In this document: one piece after another, positions 13,108 to 28,405 of the stretch | How the letters are laid out: the number at the start of each line of letters is the position of its first letter | Position numbering within the stretch: position 1 is the first letter of the stretch | Assembly (NCBI RefSeq): GCF_009914755.1 | Contig: NC_060925.1 | Length of the DNA: 64,000 nt | Direction: 5' to 3' (one strand) | From: the human T2T-CHM13v2.0 reference genome, Homo sapiens | Made by a program: the position numbers and the translations under genes | The notes under the pieces: generated by a model | Database searches by the model: none | What the model was told of the DNA's origin: nothing | What the model saw: only the letters and a program-made list of their open reading frames with translations

Positions 13108-16100
13108 ACTATACTTGTATCAGTTTATGCTTCATAATCTTTTTCATTGTTCTGTTTCACTAATCTTTTGTCAAAAGTACAGTGTCATAATTACTGTAAT
13201 TTAATAGTAAGAATTAAAGTTGAGTGTGAGCAATCCTCTGACCTTAATATTGTGTTAACTATTCTGTCTTTTGCCTTCACATATAAACTTTAGAATCAGT
13301 TTGTTGATATGCACAGAATAACTTGCTGGAATTGTGATTGGGATTGCATTGAATTTATAGGCCAATTTGAGAAGAACTATTATCTTTACAATGTTAAGTT
13401 TTCCTATCCATAAGCCTGAAATATCTCTCCATTTATTTAGACCTTTGATTTCTTTCTTCAGAATTTTATACTTTTTCTCATAAAGCTTTTATACATATTT
13501 TATTAAATTTATGCCTAGGTATTTCTTTACTTTGAGGTGGGAATTAATATAAATGGTATTGAGTTTTCAATTTTAAATTCCAATTGTTCATTGCTTGAAT
13601 ATATAAAGCAATTGAAAGAGGGGGCTTCAAAATGGCTGACTAGAGGCACCTTGCACTCACTTCCTCCATAAAGAATGACCAAAACAGTGAGTAGGTAAAC
13701 ATACATAGAATACAATGTCTAAGATAAAATACTGGAATTCAACAAGGAAGTTAATTTGCACCTCTGAGACATGGAAGGAGAAGAAAGCAAAGCATCCAGC
13801 CTGGCTAAGATTGGCTTGGAGTCAGGAAGAACTCCCCATTGCAGAGAAAAGTAAATGAGCAATCTCCAGCACGCCCCATTCCTACTGTGGGCTCCTATAA
13901 CCCTAGCCATAGGAGAACACTTTGACACTCTCAGGGCCTGAGAATAGTATAGATAGTTGCCTGGAATCCACATGATAGAATTGTTCCAGAGAGGGAGTTT
14001 ACACTGGGTCCCACCCATTCCTCAAGAACCAAGCAACTGTAGCACAAAGCCATTTTGAGAGCCCAGCCCTCACAGGGCTACATCCTGCCCTGGAGCCCAA
14101 CAGCTCCTACATCTCCACATCACCGGAGAGCTGCATACTCCACTACATCCAGCAAGAGAGCTGAAATGTTGTGACACTACCTGAAATGGTACAAGGGCGC
14201 ACCCTCCAGGGACTGAGCATATGTCTGCCCTTATTACCATCATTGCCACTGGTACCCAAGCGTGCCATCCATGTACCTAGGGATAGGCCAGGCACCCATG
14301 CGCACCAACAGGGGGCTTGAGGGTAGGCCTGCCCCACCTATTGCTGCTACTGCTGGTGACCACACATGTCATCCAGAGGGCCTGAGGATCAATCCACCCC
14401 ATCTGCCACTACTGACATCTGAACACACATTTCAGTGGCCTGAGGACAGACCTGTTACTGCCAGCACCTGTGCATGCTATTCATGTGGCCTGTACACATG
14501 GCTAAGGATTAGCACATCCTGGATGCCACCTTGCAACCTTAGGATCCACCCACTTAGCCCACTGTTGACATCATTAGCACCTGAGCAAGCCACCTGGAAG
14601 TCTGAGGACTGATCCACAAGACACACTACCACTAGTGCCCAAATACATAGCCCAGTGGCCTGAGAATTGGTAACTTTGGCCCACTACAGCTAATATTGGT
14701 ATTCAAGGACCAGCCCACCTTAGGTGCCTATCCTCAGAAAAGTATCACCAGTCTCTACTAATAACTGCAGCCTAAACCACTGAGAGAGTCTCAGAAACCA
14801 CTAACACTGATTACAGCTGAAAAAAAAATTATACAAAGATGACAGTACTGTGCCCATTCAGAATCAAAGACAAAGCACCATATCCAAGCAACACTATAGA
14901 AATATTTACAGAAAAATATCTTTCCATACAAAAGCAGAACCATAAAACTGGAAGAAGCAACTGTTACAATAGATGTGTTGATATCAACATAAGGACATAA
15001 GGAATATAAAAAGCAAGGAACCATGACACCTTTAAAAGAACACAATAATTCTCCAGTAACAGGTCACCAAGAAAAGGAAATATTTGAAAAACATGAAAGT
15101 GAACTTAAAATAATGTTATTGAAGAAACTCTATGAGATACAAGAGAACACAGATAAGCAATCCAAAGAAATCAGGAAAATAATTTATGATATGAATAAGA
15201 AATTCAAGCAAGAGATAAATATTAAAAATAAAAGACAAAGATCCTGGAAGTAAAAAATTCAATGAATGAAACAAAAATACAGTCAAGACCTTCAACAATA
15301 GACTAAATCCACCAGAGAAAAATAATTTTTGAACTTGAATACAGGTCTTTAAAAATAACCCAGTTAGACAACAAAATACAATTAAAAAGAATAAAGGAAG
15401 TCTACATGACATATAGGACACCATAAAACAAATAAGTTTTAAAATATGAAAATATTTATGAGGAGAAAAAGTAGGAAAATGCATACGAATCCTATTTAAC
15501 AAAATAATAATGGAAACTTTCAAAGTCTTGAGAGAGATATAGACATGTAGGTATAGAAAATTCAAAATTCTCACATAACTTTTACCCAGAAAGGTATTTT
15601 CCAAGGTGAATTAAAATCAAACTGCCAAAAGTCAAAGAATAAGGTAGAATTCTAAAAACAGCAAGAAAACATTGCCAAGTCACATATAAGTAAATTCCTG
15701 TCAGACTACAAGCTGATTTTTAAAAACAGAAACCTTGCAGGCCAGGAGATAATGATATTATATACTCAAAGTCCTGAAAGAAAAGAAAAACAGCCAGCCA
15801 AGAATACTACATATAGCAAACTATCCTTCAAAAATGAAGGAGAAATAAAGTTTTTCCCAGAGAAGCAAAAACAGGGAATTCATCACCACGAGACCAGCCC
15901 TACAAGAATTGTTTGAGGGAGTCCTATATCTGAAATTGAAAGGACAATATCTACCATTATGAAAGTACACAAAAATATAAAATTCACTGGTAGAGAAGAA
16001 ACAAAACAGAGAAATTAAAAGGAATCAAACGTTAACAGTATAAAAAAAAACCTGTAAAAATAAACAATAAAGGAGGACAAAAGAACCATAGGATATAGAA

Positions 16101-18663
16101 AACAATCAGAAAGCTATTAACAAAATGGCAGGAAGAAGTCTATACCTATCAATAACAAACTTGAATGTATATGGTTTAAATTCTTTAATTAAAAGATACA
16201 GGCTTGCTGAATGAATAAAAAATAAGACTGAAGGCTTACAAGAAAATCACTTGACCTGTAAAGACACACATAAATTTAAAGTCAAGGGATGGAAAAGTAT
16301 TTATTTCTCATAAACATAAACCCAAAGCATACAGGAGTAGCTACACCTATATTTGAAAAAAAGTAAATATTAAGTCAAAAATAAACATACAAAGAGACAA
16401 AGAAGGTCATTATATAATTATAAAGGGACCAATTTAGCAAGTAAATATAAAAATTATAAACTTATATGCACCCAACATGGTAGCATCAAGTTGTTTAAAG
16501 CTAATTTATTTGAGCTAAAGAGAGAGATAAACTCCAATACAAAATAATTAGACATTTCAACATCCCACATTCTGCACTGGGTAGATTATTTTATCAGAAA
16601 ATCAACAAAGAAACATTGGACTTAATCTGTACTATCAATCAAATGTTCCTAACAGACATTTATTTACAGAACATTTCATCTAGCTCCTACAGAATTCATG
16701 TTCTTCTCATCAGCACGTGTAACATTCTTTAGGATAGACCCGTATATTAGGATACAAAACAAACCACAACAAATTTTTAAAAATCAAAGGTATACCAAGT
16801 ATTTCATCATATCACAATGAAAGAAAACTAGAAATCAATAAAAGGAAATTTGAAATGTGTACAGATAGGTGGAAATTATACGACACGCCTCTGAATAACC
16901 AATGGGTTGATCAAATTTAAGAAGTAAATTTTAAAAAGTTAAATAAAAATGGAACCACAGGTGTCAAAATATATGAGATACAGAAAAAGCAGTTGTAAGA
17001 GGGAATATTATAGCAATAAACAGTTACACCAAAAAATTTAAAAGAGTTTAAATAAATAATTGAATGATGCACTTCACAAAACTAGAAAAGCAAGAATAAA
17101 CCAAATCGAAAATTATTAGAGGAAAAAAAATAATAAAAATCAGAGCAAAATGGACACTAAAAAAATGAAAAATATCAATAAAACAAAAAAAGTTATTTTG
17201 AAAAGGTAAAAGGATAAGTTGCTAGCTAAACTAAGAAAAAATAACATACTAAATAACTAAAATCAGATGTGTAGGAGGAGACATTTCAACTGGTATCACA
17301 GAAATATAAGGGAGTATCAGTGACTATTATAGACAACTATATGCTAACAAATTGGAAAACCTAGAGGAAATGAATAAATTAATAGACAAATACAACCTAC
17401 CAAGATTGTACTAGAAAAGAATATATAATCTGAACAGACCAATAGTGAGTGATAGAATTGAATCAGAAATAATAATTCTTCCCCTCTCAAAAAAAATAAA
17501 AGTTCAGGACCAAATACCTTTATTGCTGAATTCTATTAAACTTAAAAAGAAGAACCAACACCAATTCCTCTCAAACAATTCCAAAAAAATAAAGAGGAGG
17601 AAATTCTTAACTCATTCAGCAAGCCTGGCATAACCCTAGAATACTAAAATCTGTAGTGGGCAAAAAAAAAGAAAAAAGAAAAAAACAAGAAAGAAAACTG
17701 CAGGACAATCTCCTAGACGACCATAGATGTAAAAATCCTCAATGAAATACTAGCAACCCAAATTCAACAACACATTAAAAAACACCTGATGAAATGGGAT
17801 TTATACAGGGAATGCAAGGATGGTTCACCATATGGAGATTGATGAATGTGATACCTCACATTAGCAGAATAAAGGACAAAACCATATGATTATCTCAATA
17901 GACACAGAAGCATTTGATAAAATCAGCATTGTTTTATGATTAAAAATTCTCAATATTAGGCATATAAGGATTACACCTCAACACAATATAGCAAACTCAC
18001 AGCTAACATCATGCAGAATGTGGAAAAGCTGACAGTCTTTCCTCTAAGAACTGGAACAAGGCAAGGATGCCCGCTTTCATCACTCTTATTGAACATGGTT
18101 TTAACAATTTTAGCTGGATAAATCAGGCAAGAAAGAAATGTATTTAAATTGGAAAATAGAAAATCAAAATGTTCTTCTTTGAAGATGGCATGATCTTATG
18201 TATAGAAAAACCTGAAGACTCTGCCAAGAAACACTGAGAACTGATAAATGAATTCAGTAAATTTGCAGGATACAATACGAAACATACAAAAATCAGTATC
18301 ATTTCCATACATAAATAATGAACTAGCTGAAAAAGAAATCAAGAAAGCAATCCCATTTACAATAGATTCAAAAACTAAAATAATGTACTGAGGAATAAAT
18401 TTAACTAAGAAGGTGAAAAAACTTCTACAATAAAACGTTCAAACAATAAAGAAAGAAATTAAAGAGGATACAAACAGGTGGAAGGACCTCATAAGCTCAT
18501 GGATTGGAAAAGTTGATATTGTTGAAATGACTACTCTACCCAAAGCAACCTATCAATTTAGTTCAATCCCTATCAAAATAGCAAATGACATTATTTACAG
18601 ATATAGAAAAAATATAAAATTCATATGCAATCACTAAAGACTCAGAATAGTCAAAGCAGTTCT

Positions 18664-21600
18664 TTTTTTTACTTTTTAATTATTATATTTTAAGTTCTAG
18701 GGTACATGTGCACAACATGCAGGTTTGTTACATATGTATACATGTGCCATATTGGTGTGCTGCACCCATTAACTCATCATTTACATTAGGTATATCTCCT
18801 AATGCTATCCCTCCCCCCTCCCCCCACCCCACAACAGGCCCCTGTGTGTGATGTTCCCCTTCCTCTGTCCATGTGTTCTCATTGTTCAATTCCCACCTAT
18901 GAGTGAGAACATGCGGTGTCTAGTTTTTTGTCCTTGTGATAGTTTGCTGAGAATGATAGTTTCCAGCTTCATCCATGTCCCTACAAAGGACATGAACTCA
19001 TCATTTTTTATGGCTGCATACTGTTCCATGGTGTATATGTGCCATATTTTCTTAATCCAGTCTATCATTGATGGACTTTTGGGTTGGTTCAAGTCTTTGA
19101 TAATGTGAATAGTGCTGCAATAAACATACGTGTGCATGTGCCTTTATAGTAGCATGATTTATAATCCTTTGGGTATACACCCAGTAATGGGATGGTTGGG
19201 TCAAATGGTGTTTCCAGTTCTAGATCCTTGAAGAATCACCACACAGTCTTCCACAATGGTTGAACTAGTTTACAGTCCCACCAACAGTGTAAAAGAATTC
19301 CTATTTCTCCACATCCTCTCCAGCACCTGTTGTTTCCTGACTTTTTAATGATTTCCATTCTAACTGGTATGAGATGGTATCTCATTGTGGTTTTGATTTG
19401 CATTTCTCTGATGGCCAGTGATGATGAGCAGTTTTTCATGTGTCTTTTGACTGCATAAATGTCTTCTTTTGAGCAGTGTCTATTCATATCCTTCTCCCAC
19501 TTTTTGATGGGGATGTTTTTCTTGTAAATTTGTTTGAGTTCTTTGTAGATTCTGGATATTAGCCCTTTGTCAGATGAGTAGATTGCAAAAATTTTTTCCC
19601 ATTCTGTAGGTTGCCTGTTCACTCTGATGATAGTTTCTTTTGTTGTGCAGAGGCTCTTTAGTTTAATTAGATCCCATTTGTCAATTTTGTCTTTTGTTGC
19701 CATTGCTTTTGGTGCTTTAGACATGAAGTCCTTACCCATGCCTATGTCCTGAATGGTAATGCCTAGGTTTTCCTTTAGGGTTTTTATGGCTTTAGGTCTA
19801 ACATTTAAGTCTTTGATCCATCTTGAATTAATTTTTATATAACGTGAAAGGAAGGGATCCAGTTTCAGCTTTCTACATATGTCTAGCCAGTTTTCCCAGC
19901 TCCATTTATTAAATAGGGAATCCTTTCCCCATTTCCTGCTTTTGTCTGGTTTGTCAAAGAACAGATGGTTGTAGATGTGTGGTATTATTTCTGAGGGCTC
20001 TGTTCTGTGCCATTGGTCTCTATCTCTGTTTTGGTAACAGTACCATGCTGTTTTGGTTACTGTAGCCTTGTAGTATAGTTTGAAGTCAAGTAGCGTGATG
20101 CCTCCAGCTTTGTTCTTTTGGCTTAGGATTGACTTGGCAATGAGGGCTCTTTTTTTGGTTCCATATGAACGCTAAAGTAGTTTTTTTCCAATTCTGTGAA
20201 GAAAGGCATTGGTAGCTTGATGGGGATGGCATTGAATCTATAAATTACCTTGGGCAGTATGGCCATTTTCACGATCTTGATTCTTCCTATCCATGAGCAT
20301 GGAATTTTCTTCCATTTGTTTGAGTCCTCTTTTATTTTGTTGAGAAGTGGTTTGTAGTTCTCCTTGAAGAAGTCCTTCACATCCCTTGTAAGTTGGATTC
20401 CCAGGTATTTTATTCTCTTTGAAACAATTGTGAATGGGAGTTCACTCATGATTTGGCTCTCTGTTTGTCTGTTATTGGTGTATAAGAATGCTTGTGATTT
20501 TTGCACTTTGCTTTTGTATCCTGAGACTTTGCTGAATTTGCCTATCAGCTTAAGGAGATTTTGGGCTGAGATGATGGGGTTTTCTAGATATACAATCATG
20601 TCATCTGGAAACAGGGACAATTTGACTTCCTCTTTTCCTAATTGAATACCCTTTATTTCCTTCTCCTGCCTGATTGACCTGGCCAGAACTTCCAACACTA
20701 CGTTGAATAGGAGTGGTGAGAGAGGGCATCCCTGTCTTGTGCCAGTTTTCAAAGGGAATGCTTCCAGTTTTTGCCCATTCAGTATGATATTGGCTGTGGG
20801 TTTGTCATAGATCGTTATTATTATTTTGAGATACATCCCATCAATACCTAATTTATTAAGAGTTTTTAGCATGAAGCGCTGTTGAATTTTGTCAAAGGCC
20901 TTTTCTGCATCTATTGAGATAATCATATGTTTTTTGTCTTTGGTTCTCTTTATATGCTGCATTACATTTATTGATTTGCATATGTTGATCCAGCCTTGCA
21001 TCCAGGGAAGAAGCCCTCTTGATCATGGTGGATAAGCTTTTTGATGTGTTGCTGGATTTGGTTTGCCAGTATTTTATTAAGGATTTTTGCATGGATTTTC
21101 ATCAGGGATGTTGGTCTAAAATTCTCTTTTTCTGTTGTGTCTCTGCCAGGCTTTGGTATCAGCATGATGCTGACCTCATAAAATGAGTTAGGGAGGATTC
21201 CCTTTTTTTCTATTGATTGGAATAATTTCAGAAGGATTGGTACCAGCTCCTCCTTGTGCCTCTGGTAGAATTCGGTTGTGAATCTGTCTGGTCCTGGACT
21301 TTTTTTGGTTGGTAAGCTATTAATTATTGCCTCAATTTCAGAGTCTGTTATTGGTCTATTCAGGGATTCAACTTCTTCCTGGTTTAGTCTTGGGATGGTG
21401 TATGTGTCCAGGAATTTATCCATTTCTTTTAGATTTTCTAGTTTATTTGCATAGAAGTGTTTATAGTATTCTCTGATTGTAGTTTGTATTTCTGTGGGAT
21501 CAGTGATGATATCCCCTTTATCATTTTTTATTGCATCTATCTCTTTCTTCTTTTTTAGTCTTGCTAGCAGTCTGTTAATTTTGTTGATCTTTTCAGAAAC

Positions 21601-22464
21601 CAGCCAGAGAAAGGTCAGATTACCCACAAAGGGAAGCCCATCAGACTAACAGCTGATCTCTCCACAGAAACTCTACAAGCCAGAAGAGAGTGGGGGCCAA
21701 TATTCAACATTCTTAAAGAAAAGAATTTTCAATCCAGAATTTCACATCCAGCCAAACTAAGCTTCATAAGTGAAGGAGAAATAAAATCCTTTACAGACAA
21801 ACAACCGCTGAGAGATTTTGTCACCACCAGGCCTTCCCTAAAAGAGCTCCTGAAGGAAGCACAAAACATGGAAAGGAAAAACCGGTACCAGCCACTGAAA
21901 AAACATGCCAAATTGTAAAGACCATCAATGCTAGGAAGAAACTGCGTCAACTAACGAGCAATATAACCAGCTTAACATCATTATGACAGGATCAAATTCA
22001 CACATAACAATATTAACCTTAAATGTAAATGGGTTAAATTCTCCAATTAAAAGACACAGACTGGCAAATTGGATAAAGAGTCAAGACCCATCAGTGGGCT
22101 GTATTCAGGAGACCCATCTTATGTGCAGAGACACACATAGGTTCAAAATAAAGGGATGGAGGAAGATCTACCAAGCAAATGGAAAACAAAAAGAGGCAGG
22201 GGTTGCAATCCTAGTCTCTGATAAAACAGACTTTAAACCAACAAAGATCAAAAGAGACAAAGAAGGCCATTACATAATGGTAAAGGGATCAATTCAACAA
22301 GAAGAGCTAACTATCCTAAATATATGTGCACGCAGTACAGGAGCACCCAGATTCATAAAGAAAGTCCTTAGAGGCCTACAAAGAGACTTAGACTCCCACA
22401 CAATATTAATGGGAGACTTTAACACCCCACTGTCAACATTAGACAGAGCAACAAGACAGAAAGT
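18664..22464 (-). mobile_element. L1PA4/5-like element with 5' inversion (twin priming): 3' part on minus 18664-21604, inverted ORF1-end/endonuclease part on plus 21601-22464
   Basis: 16-bp TSD tagtcaaagcagttct (18648-18663) / tagtcgaagcagttct (22465-22480); strand switch at a cagc microhomology. Confidence 0.95.
18886..21600 (-). pseudogene. L1 ORF2 reverse transcriptase/C-terminal remnant (frameshifted)
   Basis: ORF-track peptides with [16 protein letters not shown] (normally FADD) and HCWWDCKL. Confidence 0.9.
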
Positions 22465-22466
22465 TA
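21983..22466 (+). pseudogene. L1 ORF2 endonuclease N-terminus in the inverted segment
   Basis: MTGSNSHITILTLNVNGLN...IQETH...GDFNTPL. Confidence 0.9.
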
Positions 22467-23574
22467 GTCGAAGCAGTTCTCCACAAAAAGAGCAAAGCTG
22501 GAGGCATCACACTACTTGACTTCAAAATATATTACAAAGCTACAGTAACCAAAACAGTGTAGTACCGGTATAAAAACAAACACAATGATCAGCAGAACCC
22601 AATAGAGATCCCAGAAATAAATCCATGTATTTGCAGCCCACTTGTTTTTAATAAAGATGTTACGACTATACATTGGGAAAAAGACATGTTCTTCAATATA
22701 TGATGCTGGAAAAACTGTATATCCATATATTAATGAATGAAACTAGACCCCTATTTCTCATCATAAAGACTTAAATGTAATAGTTGAAATTATAAAAGTA
22801 CTAGAAGAAAACACAGAGGAACAGCTTCAGGACATTGTCCTGTTTTGTCAAGTGATCTTGTTGGAAATTTTATAGCTAAGTGTTCAAAAGCACAGGCACC
22901 AAAAATAAGAATAGAAATATGGGACCATATTAAAGTAAATAGTTTCTCCATAGCAGAGGAAACAATCAATCAACAGAGTGAGAAGACAACCTGTAAAATG
23001 GAAGAAAAATGTTTGTAAACTATTCATTTGATAAAAGACCAATATTCAGGATATTCAAGAAACCCAAACAATTCAACAGTAAACAAATAAGCCCATGAAA
23101 AAGTAGGCACACTTTTTCTATTTACCTCCATAAATAGACAATTGTCAAAGAGAGACTTACAAATGGCCAACACGAATATGAAAAAATACTCAATGTTCCC
23201 AATCATCAGGGAAATGCAAATTATAACCACAGTGAAATATAATCTCATCCCAGTTTGAATGGCTATTATAAAAAAGACAAAAAATAACCAATGCTGATGA
23301 GGAGGTAGAGAAAAAGGAACTCTTGTGCACTGGTTGGTGGAAATGTAAACCAGTACAGCCACTGTGGAGAACAATATGAGGTTTTTCAAAAAACTAAAAC
23401 TCATACTATTACAGGATACAATTCAGCAAGCCTGCTATTGAATAATTATCCTAAAGATAGGTAATCAGTATATCAAAGGGATACCTGCACTCCTGTGTTT
23501 ATTCATAAGAGTCAAGATATGGAATCAATCTAAGTGCTCATCAGTGCATAAATTGATAAAGAAAATGTGGTATA

Positions 23575-23876
<302 letters not shown>

Positions 23877-24459
23877 AAAGAAAATGTGGTATAAATGCAC
23901 AAAAAAATACTATTCAGTTATAAAAAAGAATAAAATCCTTTCATTTGTAACAACATGGATGAAACTAGATGCCATTATCTTAAGTGAAATAACCCAGGCA
24001 CTGAAAGACAAATATCACATTTTCTAAGTCATAGGGGAGCCTAAAAGAATTAATCTCATGAAGGTAGAGATTTGAATGATGGTTATCAAATGCTGGAGAA
24101 GGTAGAGAAGTAGAGTATAAAGAAAGGTTGGTTAATGGGTACTACCATAAGATCAATAGAGGGAATAAGGTTTAGTATTCAATAGCACAGTACAGTGACT
24201 ATAGTTAATAATAATTTATTACTCATTTCAAAATAGCTGTAAGACATGAAATGTTCTCAATGCAAAATTTGATAAACGTTTGAGATGATGAATATCCTAA
24301 TTACCCTGATTTGATGATTATACATTGTATGCATGTATCAAAATATCACATATATCCCATAATATGTACAATTATTTTGTGTCAATAAAAATGGTTAAAA
24401 AAAGAAACTAATTGGCACTTGTATATTAACATTGACTCCTTCAACCTTGTTGTAAATAA

Positions 24460-24869
24460 CGGGGAAATAAACAAGGAAATATTTAAAGCATGAGATAAAA
24501 TCAGTCCTCCATTGCTGGCTTTGAAGATGAAAAAACCATCAGTTTATTCATCGTTAACCCTGAGTCAATGAATGGGGGCAGCATCCGGGAACTGGAAATG
24601 CCCCTCCCCTGAAAGCTAGCAAAGAAAAAAGAAGACTTCAGTCTCATAACCACAAGGAAATAAATTCTAACAATCACCTAAATCAGCAAGGAAATTGGTG
24701 GCTCCCTAAAGCCTTCAGAAGGAATGAAACGCTGCCAACACCTTGATTTCAGCTGATGAGACCTTGGTTTAGACTTCTAACCTACAGAGCTGTAAGATAA
24801 TAAATTTGTGTCTCTTTAAGCCACTAAGTTTGTGATTGTTTGTTATGGCAGCAATAGAACACTAATATA
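24460..24869 (+). mobile_element. MLT1 (MLT1E-like) LTR, partial
   Basis: attgctggctttgaagatg...ctgccaacaccttgattt...ctgtaagataataaatttgtg...ttatggcagcaatag. Confidence 0.8.
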
Positions 24870-25603
24870 ATCTATGAGTCAATGTTCTCAGATTTACAAG
24901 CAAGAGAAGACAATCTCAATTGCTTTTACATAGATGTAGCTTATAAAATGATACATACCAAAGGCTCTCAAACCAACTTTAAAGCAAATTGTTCAAGACC
25001 AAAGCCCCTAAACCAGACCAGAGATGTGACTTAATAATAAATCTGTTACTTGAGAGCCATAAATAAACCATAAAGAAATAAATAAATAACCACAAATAAA
25101 TCACCGCTCTCTTCACTTTCCAGCTTTTACACCAGGAATTTTGTTTTCTGACCACTGACAAAGTGCTGCTGGCGCTATGATTCCAACCACCAAACACTAA
25201 TATGCTTGCCATCACACATGAAAGCAAAAATGGAAGTGTCACATAGAATCATTTTCGAAACTGCTTACTTCGGAATTGAAATCTTATTGGTTTACATCAG
25301 ACCTTCAATCATACACTTATAACCTGATTGAAGGGGCTTCCTAGAATTTGGGTTTCTACATTTACATTAGGAAAGTAGAGTTAATTATGGTGGCACAAGG
25401 CCAAATCTGTGTATTATTTCAAATATAATGTCTATGATGTTGGTATAATTAGAAGGTACTAAACTAGGGGATTTAGGATAAAAATATACCTGGAACCAAA
25501 ATATACATGAAAATATAGGTGTGATATGTAAATATGCAGATAAAAAAATAAGTGAGTTTAGGTAACGGCACAATAGGATGGGAACCAAGATTAAGCTAGT
25601 ATT

Positions 25604-26148
25604 GGTATTAGTCAGGGTTCTCCAGAGGGACAGGACTAATAGGATAGATGTATATATAAAGGGAGTCTATTAAGGAGTATTGACTCACACGGTCACAAGG
25701 TGATGTCCCACAATAGGCTGTCTGCAAGCTGAGGAGCAAGGAAGCAAGTCTGAGTTCCAAAGCCTCAAAAGTAGGGAAGCCGACAGTGTAGCCTTCAGTC
25801 TGTGCCCAAAGGCCTGAGACCCCCTGGCAAACCACTGATGTAAGTTCAAGAGTCCAAAAGCTGAATAATTTGGAGTCTGATATTCAAGGGCAGGAAGCAT
25901 CCAGCACAGAGGAAAGATGAAGGCCAGAAGACTCAGCAAATCTACTCTTCCATCTTCTCCTGCCTGCTTTATTCTAGCCACACTGGCAGCTGATTAGAGG
26001 GTGTCACCAGATTGAGGGAGGGTCTGCCTCTCCCAGTCCACTGATTCAAATGTTAATCTCCTTTGGCAACATCCTCATAGACACACCCAGGAACAATATT
26101 TTGCATCCTTCAATCCAACGAAGTTAACACCCAATATTAACTATCACA
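25604..26148 (-). mobile_element. MLT2A2-like solo LTR (HERV-L)
   Basis: gtattagtcagggttctccagagggacaggactaatagg...caatattaactatcaca. Confidence 0.9.
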
Positions 26149-26396
26149 GCAACATTCTCTGTTGCTTTGGTTATAGAACTCTATTTCTCTCCTGATTACA
26201 GTATAGGGATAACTACTCTATCCCTCTACTGTTCATACTATTAAGTAAGAACATATTAATGAAATAGTAACTCTGGGCCATTCAAGGCAAAATCTTACAA
26301 ATTCTATTTTGGAGCACATATTAAGGAACATCTCAGAAGTGTTTAAAATAGAAGATAAAGAAGACATTAACGTAGGGGGGAACTTGGATGGAAATA

Positions 26397-27335
<939 letters not shown>

Positions 27336-27529
27336 CATATGGAACATACAGAGCCAGCATGTGAGCATATAGCTACTTGTCCTTTCTCCCACTGGCCATG
27401 TCTGTACTATGTAATTCAACCAACTTTCCATAAGTCCAGGTTGACCGTCCTATCCTTGTTAATCTCCGGTTTGATAAGAAGCCCTAACTGTAGCCTGTTA
27501 GGGAGTTCAATGTTACATATATATAACAT

Positions 27530-27900
27530 AAAATTGGAAATAGCCTAAATGTCCAATAAGGGGGACTTGTGGTAATAATTTATGAAATATTCTTAAAGTT
27601 GATATCCTCTGCAGTCTATCAGTATGATGACATGAATCTATTAGGTTTTACTGATGTGGATATATTCTTATGTATGTCAAATGATAAATTCAATTCAGCA
27701 TACAGTATGGTGTGGCCCAATTACTGACATGTTAATTTAAATGAAATACATTTTTCTGTGAATTAGGCTGAAGAGTTTCCAAAAAGATTTTGTCGTTTTC
27801 ATTCCTGGATAGTGAACATTGAGGTGTTTTAATTACTTAATTTCTATTTGACTATCTTGATTTTCTGTTTTTCTGAGGGTTAAATTTTCTTTGTACATTT
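27530..27900 (+). mobile_element. Ancient L1 (L1ME-like) 3' fragment
   Basis: aaattggaaatagcctaaatgtccaataagggg and degenerate downstream motifs. Confidence 0.45.
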
Positions 27901-28164
27901 AAAAATATCAATGAGATAGAAAAAGCCTCGGTGATTAAGATTAATTCAATGAATTATTCACCATACTCTTACTCAGCATTGTCCATATGTGAAATTGTTT
28001 GCTTTCCTCCCCTATTATTTCTGTTTTCCTGTCATTTTAGTTCACATTTCTGGTCCTTCTAATCATATGAAAGTGTGACTGTCAGTCAAAAGCAGGAAGA
28101 AGCTGAAATGAATTCACACTGAAGTGTATAAACACCTGATGTTTTTTACATTGATAAAAACTAG

Positions 28165-28405
28165 AATTTGAAGGCTTTTATTATAAACCAGGTACAAAAC
28201 TAAGAACATTATGCAAATGACTTTATTTAACCTTTAAAATAACCCCATGGAATTGGTAAATATTATTTCCATTTTTTATAAATATGCAACATAGAAACAG
28301 TATTTTCTTTGTCCAAGAATACATAACTAGTGAGGTGTGGAAGTGAGATTTTGTAGTCAGGAAAACTATTTTCAGTGCCCATGCACAAACCACTGTGCCA
28401 TTTTG
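28165..28405 (-). mobile_element. MIR
   Basis: ttatttaacctttaaaataacccc...tattatttccattttt...ttgtccaagaatacataactagt core. Confidence 0.7.

Noticed and set aside
25985-26005. DUX4 site in the MLT2A LTR
   Set aside because: tgattagaggg lacks the second half of the motif.
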